In this document: positions 23,231 through 37,183 of the stretch, one piece after another
How positions within the stretch are numbered: position 1 is the stretch's first letter
Layout: the number at the start of each line of letters is the position of its first letter
Assembly: GCF_009834535.1 (NCBI RefSeq)
Contig: NC_045696.1
Coordinates: 92,568,001 to 92,632,000, forward strand
Origin: Camelus ferus
Taxonomy: Eukaryota
Direction: 5' to 3'
DNA: 64,000 bases
Position numbers and translations under genes: made by a program
The notes under the pieces: generated by a model
Told to the model about the DNA's origin: nothing
Database searches by the model: none
The model's input: only the letters and a program-made list of their open reading frames with translations

Positions 23231-26200
23231 ACAGTGCTTCTTTGTCCCTTAGGCATTAAGGTAGTCATTCACTTAGGTTATTAAACTTCACATAAGAAAT
23301 TCAACATAAGCACTATTCACATTGTGAATAGCAGAAAAGGAACACTAAACAAACAAAGGATACCCATTATTTTCTTTTCCTACAACAACCACAAAATTCT
23401 CCCTCCAGTGTTTTAGATCTCCTTGCAGGAGTCCATTGCCAAGATGCCTGACTAACCCTAGATGGCAATGTTGCATTGGATAGGATTCATTAAGACCTTG
23501 GAATGTGGATTCTGGCTTTCTGAGAAAGGGCATAGTTCAGATCAACCTGACAAAATCTTAGGTGAAAATGAAGGGTCTGTCACACACATGTACATTAAAA
23601 CCAAGCAGAAGATGTATCTTTAAAAGGTAGTTAAACTTTTTAAATGATCTACTTAATACTATATGTTTTATTAGCATTGAAAAATGTCTCTTTTATATTT
23701 TAATAAGTGCTGTTATCAGTACATAGTTTTCTGTATACATTTGTTAACTGTTTAGTAATATCTGATTATTGTAGTTTAATTGTCAAAGTCACTTCTGGAT
23801 GGACCAGAACTTTGAAACCTGGCTAAAATAATTTATCTGGTTGTTTGAATGTAGTTCAGTAAAACAATAAATTTCCTTGGCTCAAAGTCATGCTCCCTAA
23901 TCTAAGTTTATTTAATAACAAAAAGTTATCACATAACTGCCTTGAACCAAATGCAGTTCTTTAGAAACCACCGTTATGGAGAGATTTGGAGCAGAGAAGA
24001 AGTTTTATTTAATTGAGATACATATAATAACTCAAATTGGGCTATGATATTCCTTTGTTCATTGGTTCATTTATTCAAATTGTGGTTGAGAGACATAGTC
24101 AAAGTAAGACAGATTTGCAATTTTAATAACCTACACCAGAATGCATAATTTTTCCATTTTCCTCTAAACCTAGCAGTCTAAATAAGAAATATGTGTTTAA
24201 TTCAACTAAATTTCTAAACGATATTTCCAGGATGCCTGGAATATAGTTGCTCTTATAAATATAAATCAGTAATATCCCAGACACTATCAGAGTATTATTT
24301 ATAGTATTAATTTTCACTATCCATGGAGAAAGGGTTTGCTAAGCAAACCTCAGACGGTCCCTGTGGAGTTAAGAATGCGTGGAGCCTGAAGTAAGGAGAC
24401 TCTATAGCATTTAGAACCAGAGTCAGACTGTTCCCCTGGAGGGTACGTGTCTTCATAATTAGCATGGTCTACTTCTTTGGTTTTGCAGAGTCTGCATTTG
24501 AGGAAATGTGAACAATATTCGTCTAATAAAAATTTAGACATTTTGGGTGTAATTCTTTCAAAGCAAAGGAGAGGACTTAGAAAAAATTTCACTGCCCTCC
24601 CTGAGTCACAGCACCTCCCCCTGCTACTGGGACATATACTGTCCCTGGGCAGCAAATAAATACTGGGAAGAATCTGACTGATACTCCCTCCAATATGTCC
24701 TTCTAACTTTATTTTAAACTTCCATTTTATTTCCATAGTCAGGAGGAATTCTGTTTTCTTTCCGCAGTTGTGTTTTGGCAATAAATTGGTTTGGTTTGTT
24801 TTGTTTTGGGAGAAGAGTAGCCAGTGTTCTTCTCTTTTAAAATTATAAAATAGCTCTTTCAATTTTCTTCTCTTCTCATCCTTTTCCTCAAATTTAAATT
24901 TCTTTTCCAAATAAAACTCCATTAATTCTCATTATAGACGCAAACATTACAGCACAACATTGGAGTGACATGAAAAATAGCAAAGAAATGACAAAGAGGG
25001 AAGTGGAAAAGCTGGTGAGAGACATAAACTCCCTTAATTTTCTTCTTTCAAAGGGATCGCCTAGACATAAGCATGGTTTTATAACTCTTCTCCTATTGAC
25101 CTGTCCTCACCAGTCCCACTCTCCATCCCACCACCTTACCCTTCCTGGTTGCAATTAAATCATACTTTTTAAGTTTTCTTCCACTAGGGGGATGGGGCAT
25201 GTGTGTGCGTGTGTGTGCATGAGTGTGCGTGGACATCAACTTAAAAAACCCAACCAAACAGATGTGGATAATCTTATATATAGCGTAGAAAGAGATTCTT
25301 CTTCTGGTTAAAATAGATCAGGTTAAGATTAGGCATGTTAATTTATTTTGGTAAGTGGTATCAACTTTTCTCTGAAAAATATGCCCAATGCAATAAACAA
25401 ACCATCACTTTAAAAAAATTGATTTAAAAAATTATCTTGTTTATTATAATAGATACTTGCTCTCTGCTCCATCTCAAAAGATAAAATGAAAAATAAAAGT
25501 GAATTTTAAACTATCCCTTGATAATTATGTCATTAATAATGTCATTCTTGAAATTAATGATTTTTTTTACATTCTTTTGGGGTTGGTAATTTATCACCCC
25601 AAACATAAATGTCAAAATAAAGTGATGACAAATTCCCTTTTCTCTTTTAAGACACAGAATCTTAAGTACAGATCTTGGGTGGGAACACCTGAATTTTAAC
25701 AAGTGTTATTCTGAGCTGGCAGGAAAAAAAAATGTGAAAAAGTTTAAAGCAGGCAAGATAGATTATTGGATGTCCTGTCTAGTGCATCTGTATGGGCTGT
25801 GTCTGCCTTTCATTGTCTTTGAACTATTTTACAGCTCTGTTCATGTCAACAACCAGTCATCTGCAAATGACTCTCATCCATAGACTGCAAATGAATTTTG
25901 TCAGGTAAAAGTGCAAACTGATATCCTTTCTTTCCAAGAAGCCAGTTTTATACTCATTAATCAAACCGAGTTCAGCATTCCTAGTTGTCTAAATATGTGT
26001 CTGCTCTTTGAATTCTCTTGAACTGGTTATAAATCTTACTGGATCCCCACTAATTAATGAATCAAGCAGAAGCACTATCTTTCATTTTATATTTGTATGA
26101 GAATCATGATTTTTTTTAGCTTTTAATCAAAATTATCTTTTAAACAGATCCAAGACACCTACGCCGACCCCTTCACAAAAGCAAATCTTGAATTTCCCTC

Positions 26201-26889
26201 TGAAAAAGGGAACTATTAATTCTGAAACCATCCCTCGGGGAGCATCACCAGTGGCAAATCACATGTTCCACCACCACCGCCATATCTTACGCTGTTTCAT
26301 TTTTGTTTTTAATGATCTAATTTAAAAATAAATTGACCCATCAACTTTGAATAATATGTAAGTGTATTAAGCAGAGTGATGACTTATCCCCGAACCCTTA
26401 GGTATCCCTTCCCTGAAGTAACCGGTGTTAATAGTTGACCACTCCCATTTTTATCTAGATGAAATGAAGAGTATGTATATAGATGTAGACTATACAGAAA
26501 AGGAATCACTGGCAGTTAACAAGGAGGTGAAAGGGATGACTTTGTCGAGGTGTTGGGGAGGGAGTCTGGTCTCTGGATTTAAAGTCAGGACACTGGAATC
26601 CTGCTGCACTCCTCACATGTAGGACTCCTCACGGGCAGCCATGTGGAGACACAGACTTAAAGGAGAAGCTGCACTCTGCCTCTGGAATTGTTTCAGGCCC
26701 ACCCAATTATTCACCCCCCCCCCCCCGATATGCCCCACTCGTTGGTTTTTAGTGGTGATTATTGTTCCCCATTTTGGTTCTGTAACTTAACTGACGTTCT
26801 TTATATAACCAGTTAGAGACCCTCTATGCTAGAGTTCAGCCTTGGCACACCTCTAGATGTGACTTCTTCTTTGCCTTCCAGAAAAGGGG

Positions 26890-27295
26890 ACACATAAATA
26901 TACCTAAAACCAGGTGAGCAAACAGCCCTGCTGGCAGCTAGGCCATGATGTTCCCAGTTGGAAATAAATCACATTCACAGAACAGATGTCTAAACAAGGC
27001 CACTCCACGGCCATATTTAGAACAAGACAGAATAAGGCCACTCAGCAACCACAAAAACGGTGAAGCATCCCTCTCTTCTGCCTAGCAAGACTGACTGCTG
27101 CTCCTTTACCGTCCAGAATGGCCTCCACCCGCCTCAGCGCACCTTGAATCATCTAGCACACACCTATATCCTGTAAGAAGCTTCTCCCAGTTCCTCCTGG
27201 ATACTTTGGAGTGCTTCAGTCTTGCTACAGCAAGAAACAATAAACTTAATTTGTTTTTACTACAATAAATGTGTTCCTGATAATCTTTTGTTGGT
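26890..27295 (+). mobile_element. Old ERVL-type solo LTR (LTR41/LTR52-like; family tentative)
   Basis: acaaggccactc, catccctctc...gactgctgctcctttacc; aataaa motifs near the 3' end; aligns by eye to the reverse complement of 44345-44580. Confidence 0.55.
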
Positions 27296-27296
27296 G

Positions 27297-28010
27297 TTTT
27301 TTTTATTTTTAATTTTTTATTGAAGTATAGTTGATTTATAATGTGTTAGTTTCTGGTGTATAGCAAAGTGAATCAGTGTCATATATATTTCTTTTTCATA
27401 TTCTTTTCCATCACGGTTTATTACAGGATACTGAATATAGTTCCCTGTGCTACACAGTAGGATCTTGTTGCTTATTTTATACATAGTAGTTTGTATCTGT
27501 TAATCCCAAACTCCAAATTTATCTCTCCCCAACCCTCTTTTCTCTTTGGTAACTCTAAGTTTGTTTTGTATGTCTGTAGGTCTGTTTGTTTTGTAAATAA
27601 ATTCACTTGTATATTTTAGGTTTCATATATAAGTAACATCATACGGTATTTGTCTTTCTCTTTCTGACTTACTTCACTTAGTATGATAATCTCTAGGTCT
27701 ATCCATGCTGCTAACAAATAGCATTATTTCATTATTTTTTATGGCTGAGTGATATTCCATTGTATATACACACCACATCTTCTTTATCCAGTCATCTGTT
27801 GATGGACACTTAGGTTGCTTCCATGTCTTGGCTATTATAAATAGTGCTGCTATGAATATTAGGGTGCATGTGTCTTTTCCAATTAGAATTTTTGTCTTTT
27901 CCAGATATATGCCCAGGAATGGGATTGCTGGATCATATGATAAGTCTATTTTTAGTTTTTTAAGGAACTTCCACACTGTTTTCCATAGTGGCTTCCCCAA
28001 TTGACATTCT
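27297..28010 (-). mobile_element. L1 3' end (artiodactyl-type) with ORF2 C-terminal remnant
   Basis: T-rich tail and ttttattgaagtatagttgattta; ORF 27674..28000 ([29 protein letters not shown]...[20 protein letters not shown]) is the L1 ORF2p C-terminus. Confidence 0.92.
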
Positions 28011-31000
28011 GTTGATGGTCTTTAATAGGGAAAATTTATTTACTTTAAGGGAGTATTAAATTTAATTCTGATCTTCTAGGAACCCTTAAAAATGCTTCTT
28101 GTTGTATGCTTTGTATTCTTCCATTTCTAATAGTCTTGTTGCAATGCACTTCATATGCATTTTTCTTCTTTAATCTAGCATTAAACATGTAGAGTAAATA
28201 AAATAAGTATTTTTGTCCCCAATATCCATGGAGGTTGATACTTGTAAAAGCTCATGCGTGGAGTTGTAAACAATACCATGTAGAGCTCTGAATTCTCCAC
28301 TCCTGAGAATACTTTAACACAGGAAGAGTAGTCAGGGAAAGAGCCAGAAGTTTCAATTTACTCCTTCAAAAATAAAAAATACATTGAGGGATGCAGGAGC
28401 TTCTGGAGGGGCATTCCAACTGAGTTGTGCATGGTTCAGGAATAGTGGTCACTGATACCTGAGCACTGGGCACTCCTACGTCAAGGTAAAGGCTAGCCAA
28501 ATAAACTAGCCCTGTTTCCTCCAGGTCCATACATACATCATTTCATTAGGGACGGTCAGACTGGAGAGACAATCAGGACCAGAGGTAGAACAAGACCTGT
28601 ATCCTTGTCCCAACCCTGCTATTAATTAGTAAGTTGCTTCTTCAAGAGGAGGAGTGATTAGGAGTTTCCAATCCCTGACACCTTTAAGCATCCATCAGTC
28701 CCCTTCTCTAACTGTCACCACACCTGGAGTTACAGTATTCCCAAACCTCCACACTCCCACCTCCACAACACCCACCCCATCACCACAATCTACTCCTGAA
28801 ATGGAAGCTCACAAGCACCACTTTGTGGTTTCAGAATAGCACAACCAGCCCCAGAAGCTGATCACTGAAGAACCTGCAGCTACACTGCCCCTGTGTGTGA
28901 CTCCAGCAACTTTGTGAGATATAAAGTCAGCAGAGATGCAGTGTGTTATTAAGAGTTCCTTCAAAGTGTTGCTAAGTTCACCACCAAAGAATAAGAATTA
29001 AAGTTTCAACTTCAGACACAAACTATGTCCAGAACCATCTCCTTCACCAAGATAATTGAGGCGCTGGCACAGGGCTAGGGTTCACCTTCCTAATAAGTGC
29101 CCCTTGGGGAGATCCTGAGTGGCCTATCTTATCCAGCTCACCACTTGGGATGATTCCAATCATCAGGGATATTTTAATAGCAGTTAACATAAGAAGGGGA
29201 AAGTATCGATCCTCGATTCTAGAATGTCCCATGTCCCCTACACAAATGTGACTGCCACCACCCCAGCAAATTCTGAATACCTCCTTCCAAGGAATATGGA
29301 TTAGAACCTAAGTCTCATTAGCTTCAAGGCCCTTGCTTTCTTCATGGAACCTGCTGGCATAGACCAATGAGGATTTTAAATATCCACTTCAAAAAGAGGT
29401 CCCTGATAGAGACTGTACCCACATGGACCCAGCACTCTCAAATGACACAGTCAAGCTCTGCTGCCATGATCTGCTGTCACCACACCTGGAGTGGTGTGAC
29501 AAATAGCATGAGGACATGTCAGTGTAAGGAAGGTTTTCAATTCTTTTAATACAGAAAATGGCAAAGGAAATTACTTTTCAGTGTATACACATTAAATAGA
29601 ATCCCTTCAAACAGATTCTTATTTAGATAATTATTTGCAAACACTAGAAATAACATGTTCTATGAGCTGTCACCAGGTGAAAGTTCTGATGGAACCCTAA
29701 GTCACTATAATGTTCATGTGGGTGTGTGAGTCTGAGTGTGTTAGAGCCTAATTTAAAATTCAAGTGCTTCGCTTCCCCCAAGAAGAAGGGTTGTTTATAG
29801 AAAACCTTCTGGACATCAATTACAAACATCAAGTGTATACACATTTTTATGAGAAAAGTCCATCTTTCACAGCCAGAATGGGTGGTAAGGAGGGGACAGA
29901 GTTAGCTAGCTCATGCTATTTAGGTTTCTTCTCAGAGGCACTGTGCCTGGTGACTTCACAGAGTCGATGTCTCATCTTCCTAACTAGACTCTTAGTTCCT
30001 GAGGACTTCGCCTGCCTGGGCTCTCTACTTTGATGTTCCTCTTAGGCAGCCGAAGGGGACAGTTAACGAGCTCCTACTGTACTGAGTGCCTACAGTTCCT
30101 CACCCAATTTTTTTTAGTAACTCCAAACACAAACATTCCTATAAATTTTAAGTAAAGTTAGGCACAGAAATTTAAGACACTTACCCAAGATTACGAGGCA
30201 ACATAATAGCTAAGGTGATGCTTGAGATACTATGTGAATCTGAGGTCCACTACTATACTGTACTGTGATATACTAGACTATCAAACACTACACCCTTCCA
30301 TACCACACCACCCCATGCCTCACTCCAGCACGGTGTGAAAAGTAGCTGATGTTTACTAAAATCTAACAGTAAAGATTACTGCTGAGGGAGAATTTAAGAG
30401 TAATAAAGCACCCCATTTCTTCCTTCCGCTTCCAAAGACATCAACTCCCTATGTAACAATTTGAAAAGCCATGTAGCAAATTGACAATAGATTGGAAACT
30501 TCATTTCCAGGGTTTATTCATCTCACAGAAGTAAGATTAGAACAGTTCATAAAACACAACCCAAGAGCTCACCACCAAAGGAAGAGGACAAGCCAACCAT
30601 TACCTGGTAAAGGTTAGAGCCACATACTTGACACAAATGCTCAGAAACTACTTACTGAATGAATGAAGGACTCAAAACTAAGGAAGAATCTTGCTCTAAT
30701 AAGCACTGTAGAATCATTTCAGTTACTCCTAAGTTAGAAACATTAACTTGAAGCGTAATATTCTGAAAAAAACTGAGATGTAAAGTATACTGATTCAGTT
30801 TTTTTGTTTTGTTTTTTACAAAATCCCAGCACGGCAAATGTGATGTCCCTTTGGCTGGGGAGGTGGGTACAGGAGACCTAAGCAGAGGTTGCTATGCAGC
30901 CAAGTTGGAAGAATTCAGCAGTTGTTCTTGGGCCCCAGGGGACTAAGAATGCAGTACAATTTGGCTGAATTTCTCAACCTCAAAGACTGAACTAGTAAAA

Positions 31001-31839
31001 AGTATTTGGAAATCCAAATGGTGAATGAAGGAAAGTGAAAAATCCAATAAATCCAGCCTGCTGGGAGGACCCCTGCTGCGAAGACAGGTGTCCCCTCCAT
31101 TTCCGTCCTGCCTGCTTGTTCTCTCTAAATATCAGAGTTGCTGCAAAACTTTAATTTGGCAAAGGCCAGAAGGGACTTCCCAGACTCCACAGATGAAAGG
31201 CAGTGTGACTCTTTAGAGACCTAGATTTGGGCTTATCATTAACACAGTTCCTTGGAGGTGCTTCACACACTTAGCCAGATCGGCACGGAGAGGATTAATG
31301 TAAAAGCAGGCAGAAAATGAAGGCAGAGGGCGAAGGGGACTTGTAAAATCCAACCACCATCTGCCACTTCAAATTCAGCAGCACTAAAGTAGCTTAATTC
31401 GCAGGAATTTCCCTTCTGGTTTCTAGGAAAAAACATTGCTTAGGCCAAGGTGGCGTAGATCACCTGGCAGTTATGCACAGGAGGAGTTTATTGAGTGGAG
31501 ATAAAAGAACACACAGAAAACAACAAAATAGGAGGATCACAAATGTGTGCCTGGATGACAGGAAATTGCAACCGCTATATTAGTGTTTTGCATTGGAGCT
31601 GCTCAAATCAGGCCAAACTCTGGAATTTATTCCATCTTTACAAATTAAAAAAAAAAAAATTAAAAGAGTTATCTTTGAACAAAATGTAAAGGAACAGTAA
31701 CTCCTTCTGGTTAATGACTTTTATAACTTTAGGTTTACAGGTGAATGGATCATACTCTTCAGTTCATAGTGTGCTGTCTCGGTGGCACCTGCAAGGCTAT
31801 CATATTCTATTTCAATTGGTTTTTTTTAATTCTCTTTAT

Positions 31840-32800
31840 TCCCCATTCCAAGTCCCAATCTCTTCTCAGGTATTGACACCAACTCTAGTATATTTAAAGT
31901 TTGTTCTTTCAAACAATCTTTCATACGTATTTATTGAGATATATGTATACATATAATGATATGTAAATCTTATTTATTAAGCTTCTGCCTGCTGCATAGT
32001 ATTTCATTAAATGCATTACCACATTTTACTTAGACATTCCCCTAGAGATAGACATCTATGCTATTTCTGACCTTTATTTGTTAGAACAAGTAATACTGCC
32101 ACAAACATTCTCAGAAGTCTTTCTGAGGATATCTTTTTGCAAAACTATGCAAGTGGTTCTCTGGATGTTAACATTTCTCTGGGCGTGGAATTTCTAGGAA
32201 CAGGACATACATATTCTTAATTTCACTCTGCATTGCCAAGCTTGCTTACTGGAATAGCTGTTTATACTTCCACTAGCAACACAGGAAGATTCTCACATCC
32301 CCACAAATTTGGTCAGTATTTGATGATATCTGACTTCCTAATTTTGTCAACTATATTGCTGGGAAATGGAGTCATGTTAGTCTAAATTGCATTTTTCTGA
32401 TTATATTCACTTAAGCTATTTCATAGTTACACAATTTTTCCTTTCTATTAATTACTTATCAGTGTGTTTTCTGACTTTCCTTGCTATAAGTTAAAATTAT
32501 GCTCAAGAATTCCTTGAATATTCTAAATATTAATTCTTTGTTTGTTTCATACATTTAAATTAGCTTATCCAAACTGCTTTCCTATAGGTTGCTTGTCTGA
32601 TGATCACTGTTGAATAAGAATCCTTACTTTTGATAAAAAATAATTTTTAATGGATATGGTAGAAGATCTGGAGTCATTTTAAGAAATCTGTCCTCAAATA
32701 GTATGACAAAAACATTCTCCTGTGTTTTCTTCCATACACTCTATTTTTTAAAGTTTTATTTTTCATATTAAGGTCTTTAATCCCCCTAGATTCCATGCAG
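31840..32800 (-). mobile_element. Ancient L1ME-type fragment
   Basis: gcatagtatttcatt, tatacttccactagcaac, aaattgcatttttctgatta, ttaaggtctttaatcc are antisense L1 motifs. Confidence 0.6.
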
Positions 32801-32971
32801 AGAACGGGAGATTCATGCTACTGCCCAAGGGGATGACAGCAATGCAGCTCCAGCCAACGTTATCAAATCCAGGAATGTCAGCAAAAATTGAAAATATTTC
32901 ATTTTTCACAAGAAACCAGAAACCTGTATTCTTTCTATGTAAAATCTCTTGATATTTAAAACATAGTATCC

Positions 32972-32977
<6 letters not shown>

Positions 32978-33002
<25 letters not shown>
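32978..33002. repeat. (AC)12 microsatellite
   Basis: Perfect AC run. Confidence 0.95.
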
Positions 33003-33005
<3 letters not shown>

Positions 33006-33558
33006 ATGTAAAGGGCCCAGACGCATCCTTGTGAGCTGCCAGCCTGTGAACTTTAAGTCACAGAATTTCTCTTTAATATTTTGACCTGACTTTTGAAGCT
33101 TTGTACTCTAGTTATTGCCAGAACAGTTTTGGCTTTTACTGCTTTGCATTTTCTCTACCCATTTATTTCATACAGCTTACCTAACCCTAACCTGTTCCTA
33201 ATTCTTCCCACTTATTAATTTTATCCCCATCTCTGTACAGATGAAGTAACTGACCATCATTCAGTCAACGTATTTCTTCATCATTACACGAATGCAACCT
33301 GACGGCAATAGGGGTAGCCACATGCTTCTCAAGATCCAAACTCTGATGTGGCATAAAAGAGGAATCATTTTTCCATTATGTCTCACAATGCAGATTCCAG
33401 GAATGTATGCTTACGTCAAGGACTGGCTGCAGAGTGCTGTTTTGTAAATGAGAGCAAGTGCTGAGCCTTCACTCCCACCCAACACCTAAAAGCCCCTCAC
33501 AGAAGCATTTAACTGAGGATTCCTTTGTCTCCTCATCCTCTAGCAAGAGAATGTTACC

Positions 33559-33584
33559 AAAAAAAAAAAAAAAAAAAAAAAAAA
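33559..33584. repeat. Poly(A)26 tract
   Basis: Uninterrupted A run with no recognisable element body or TSD. Confidence 0.9.
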
Positions 33585-33761
33585 CTCACCTGCAAAGTAG
33601 GTATGAAGGAGGCCAATATAAACTTTGCACAGTAGTAAGCACAGTCCTAGAACAACTTAGGTAAGAGAATTCTAGTTGGCCAACTCAAAATAAACTAGAA
33701 AAGAATTTGGTAGGAACTATATGATAAATTGTATTAATACTCAAAATATCTGACATCCTTT

Positions 33762-34127
33762 CTGTAGGAAAATTTCACCTATCTTCCACCATACTGACAT
33801 CATACGTGACTTTTCCCCTTTTATGGAGCCTACCTTATTGAACTCAGGAGTAGCCACATGACTTGCTTTGGCAAAGAAATGTGAACCGAGATTCTGTGTG
33901 CCTCTTGAACAACATCTTCTCTTTTCCTTTGACTGGCATGTTGCAGAGAGAGCCCATTCCTCCAACCTGGGTTATAAAATAAAGATGACATGGAGCAGCA
34001 AAGCTTCTGCTGAACTGCAGTGGAAATGCAGCATGAGTGAAAAAGAGACCTTTGTTGTCACAAGCTACGGAGATCTGGGGGCTGTTTGTTGCCACAGCAT
34101 AACATAGTGTAAGGTGACAGATAAAAT
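33762..34127 (+). mobile_element. MLT1I/J-like MaLR solo LTR
   Basis: gccacatgacttgctttggcaaagaaatgtga, gcagcatgagtgaaaaa, gagatctgggggctgtttgttgccacagcataac. Confidence 0.75.
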
Positions 34128-34399
34128 GTACAAAAACCAATTCATGATACTTTGCATTTAAGACATTTTTCTTCCAAACTATCCAAAGTGCTTCATGTTC
34201 CTTCACTAATTCCCCTAAAAACAGTGATTTTGTTTTGTTTTGAAATTATCTTTTAATAGACACAATTACTTTTATGCTACATCTGCCTCCTAACACCAAG
34301 TACTCTTTTCCCCAGACTACTAAGCACACTACTTAATGTCCCTGAAAAGTACTTTGAGAATTTAGGAATAAGTTAAAGTTTTTAATTTTAAAGACTTCT

Positions 34400-35513
34400 T
34401 TGACATACCAACTTCTACTTTCCAGTCTTAAAAGTACTTAAAAGTCTCTGCCAACAAGTAAAAAGCTGAACAAATGGAGAAACTAACTATTCTTCTTAGA
34501 TCCACCAGAAAAGAGAGGTCACAGGGCAAATTGCTACTTCTCAAATTACAGAGATAGACAGGCAGATACATAGAACCACAACTTACAAGAGCAGAACCAG
34601 GCGGGCAGACACCTCCGCAGGAAACAGCTCCAGGGTAGGAAAAACCAGAACTGTAACTGATGAATTGCTTCAGGCTCAGTGTGGACAACTCTGAGAGCTA
34701 AAGCTCCGGGGGGCAGAGAGGGAGTCTCCACACTTTTGTGAGTTTTACCTCTTGAAGCTGAACTAGGTTCTCACAGTGAGTATCAGAGGAAAATCCTCTT
34801 CCAGCAAAGGGAAGAGCAACTGAACCATCTTGAAATATAGCAGAGATTCTATTCTTTTTAACAAAGCCAGCCCGCGAGACAATGTTTTACCAGAGCCTAA
34901 TCTACTGGCGTTTAATCAGAGCCTAACTGGCCTGGGGGAAGGGAAATAGCCAAGTCTAGCTCACACCAGCCATCTCATCCCACCTAAGGGAGTGGGGAGT
35001 TGGGGGTGGGACAAGAAGCACTTGTGAAGTTCAGAGCCCTGGGCCACAGGCTCACTAAAACACTGAAACCTACTGACAGGAATAGGGAACATTGCTCTTA
35101 CCCCACACCTTATCACCACATCACGAAAGGCATCTTTGTTAGAGTTCCTTTCACTCAGTACATCATGTCTGACTTTCAGCAAAATTACAAGTCATACCAA
35201 AAGGAAAAAAACACAGTTTGAAGAGGCAGAACAAGGATCAGAACCAGACTCAGATATGGCAGGGATGCTGGAATTACCCAATCATGAACTTGAAATATCT
35301 GTGATTAATATGCTGAGAGGTCTAGTGAAAAAAGTAGACAACATGCAAGAATAGATGGGTAAAGTAAGCAGAGAGATGGAAGTTCTAAGAAAGAATGGAA
35401 AAGAAACGCCACAGATCAAAAACACTGTAACGGAATGAAGGATGCCTCCCATGGGCTTATTAGTAGACTGAACATGGCTGAGGAAAGAATCTCTGTGCTT
35501 GAAGATATGGCAA
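34400..35513 (+). mobile_element. Ancient L1 (L1MC-type) 5' UTR and start of ORF1
   Basis: gaaccagactcagatatggcagggatgctggaatta...aaagtagacaacatgcaagaa...ttagtagactgaacatggctgaggaaagaatc; ORF 35136..35354 ends SEPDSDMAGMLEL...INMLRGLVKKVDNMQE, like the ORF1p N-terminal region. Confidence 0.8.
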
Positions 35514-36641
35514 GAGTTCTATTACTAGGGGCTTTAAATATAAAAATATAAATTAAAAAAAATAGAAATCTCTCCACTTGGAATCCTTGAGTTTCAAAAC
35601 GTCATCTCTATAGGGCAGTTTCCCTTTGAACATCATTCAAAATTATGAGATGGAAGAATATGGGGGAAAAAAAAACACACAGCCAACACAGCTCTGAATA
35701 GTCCAACAACCATTTCTGCCAGTAGAAAAGTAAGGTTCTGCTTGCTATTGCATTTGTCACCCTCTAAGGTAGAGGAGCCAGTGGCATAGTGAAAATGAAC
35801 CACTGAAACACCAGTAAAGTACCTTACAATACTCTCCCCAACATCTGTTTGGTCCTGAAGCTCTGGAGACAATCTTGCCAACAAACAAAGGTTTAGCTTC
35901 TTGTAGACATTTAGAGGAATACAGAGCACACACAAAGGAAATTCATAGATTTTATGGATTTTATGTCCATCTTTGAAAATTCTTCTTTATATCCCATCTG
36001 ACTTCCTAGACAGAAAACATATCTTCTGGGCATCCAGTTGTTACAATCAGTATTTCAACATTCCATAGTTATTTTATAAGGATACTGAATCACACCTACA
36101 CTTTGACACTGACATTTCTAAGGTTTATAATATTCTAAATTTATGATTCAAGTGGAAACATTGAGAAAATTTAGAACTTTGGATCATAGCCAGCAGCATC
36201 ATTCAACAGTAAGTAACACCTGTTTTTTTTTTTTTTTAAGGATTATAAGCATATTATTTTTTCTAGCTTTTAACTTAATAGACTTTATCATTTGGGGATT
36301 TCTGAGAAGGAATTTGAGTTTGGGCATTATAGACCCACTGGCCTCATCACCGCATTATTCTCACAGTACCTGGGAATTACAACTATGTGACTCAACACAG
36401 TCTGGCACCTTAGGAATCGTGTCCTTTACCACTATACTACAATGCCTTTTCCAGAGAACAGAAAAAGAGGATATACTTCCCCAATTCATTCTATGAAGTT
36501 AGTATAAGCTCAAGATCAAATCAGACAAGTAGAATATGGGAAAGGAATATTACCCACTCATGAACACAAAGCCACTCATGAATATAAATGCAAATATCTT
36601 AAACAAAGCATTAACACAACACACCCATAAAAATTATAGTA

Positions 36642-36863
36642 TAGTTGACCTTCGAACAACTTGGGGGTTGGAGCATCACCCCCCAATCCCAGATATTTAA
36701 AATCTGCTTGTAACTTTATAGTCAGCCCTTTGTATCTACCATTACACATCCATGGATTCAACCAACCTTAGATCATCTAGTACTGTAGTAGGTATTTATT
36801 GAAAAAAATCCATGTGTAGGTGGATCTGTGCAGTTCAAACCCATATTGTTCAAGGGTCAACTG
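36642..36863. mobile_element. Tigger2/MER8-like TcMar MITE
   Basis: TIRs tagttgaccttcgaacaa ... ttgttcaagggtcaactg; TA at 36640-36641 and 36864-36865. Confidence 0.85.
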
Positions 36864-37183
36864 TACATCTTGATCAAGTTGGGTTAATACCAGAATTGCA
36901 AGGACAGTTAAACTCTGTAAAATCTATGTATGTGTCTATCATGTTAATGGATTAACAGAGAAAAAACATACATATAATCATTTCAATAGAGGCATAAAAA
37001 GCATTTGATAAAATCCAATATGCAATCAGAATTTAACAACAACAAAAACCCTCTTACCAAACTAGGAATAAAAAGAAACTTGCTTACTTTGATAAAATAC
37101 ATCTAACAAAAACCAAGAGCAAACATAATTCTAAATGATAAAAGTATTCCCTTTAAAGACAAGAAAAAGATAAAGACACCCTC

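Noticed and set aside
24350..24922. 190-aa minus-strand ORF
   Set aside because: Lys/Glu/Phe-rich translation of T-rich low-complexity DNA; no recognisable homology or exon structure.
26714..26726. Poly(C)13 tract and other G4-capable runs (about 52904-52930 and 53362-53389)
   Set aside because: Simple homopolymer or L1-derived G-rich tracts with no evidence of function.
27674..28000. 108-aa ORF as a host gene
   Set aside because: It is the L1 ORF2p C-terminus inside a truncated L1.
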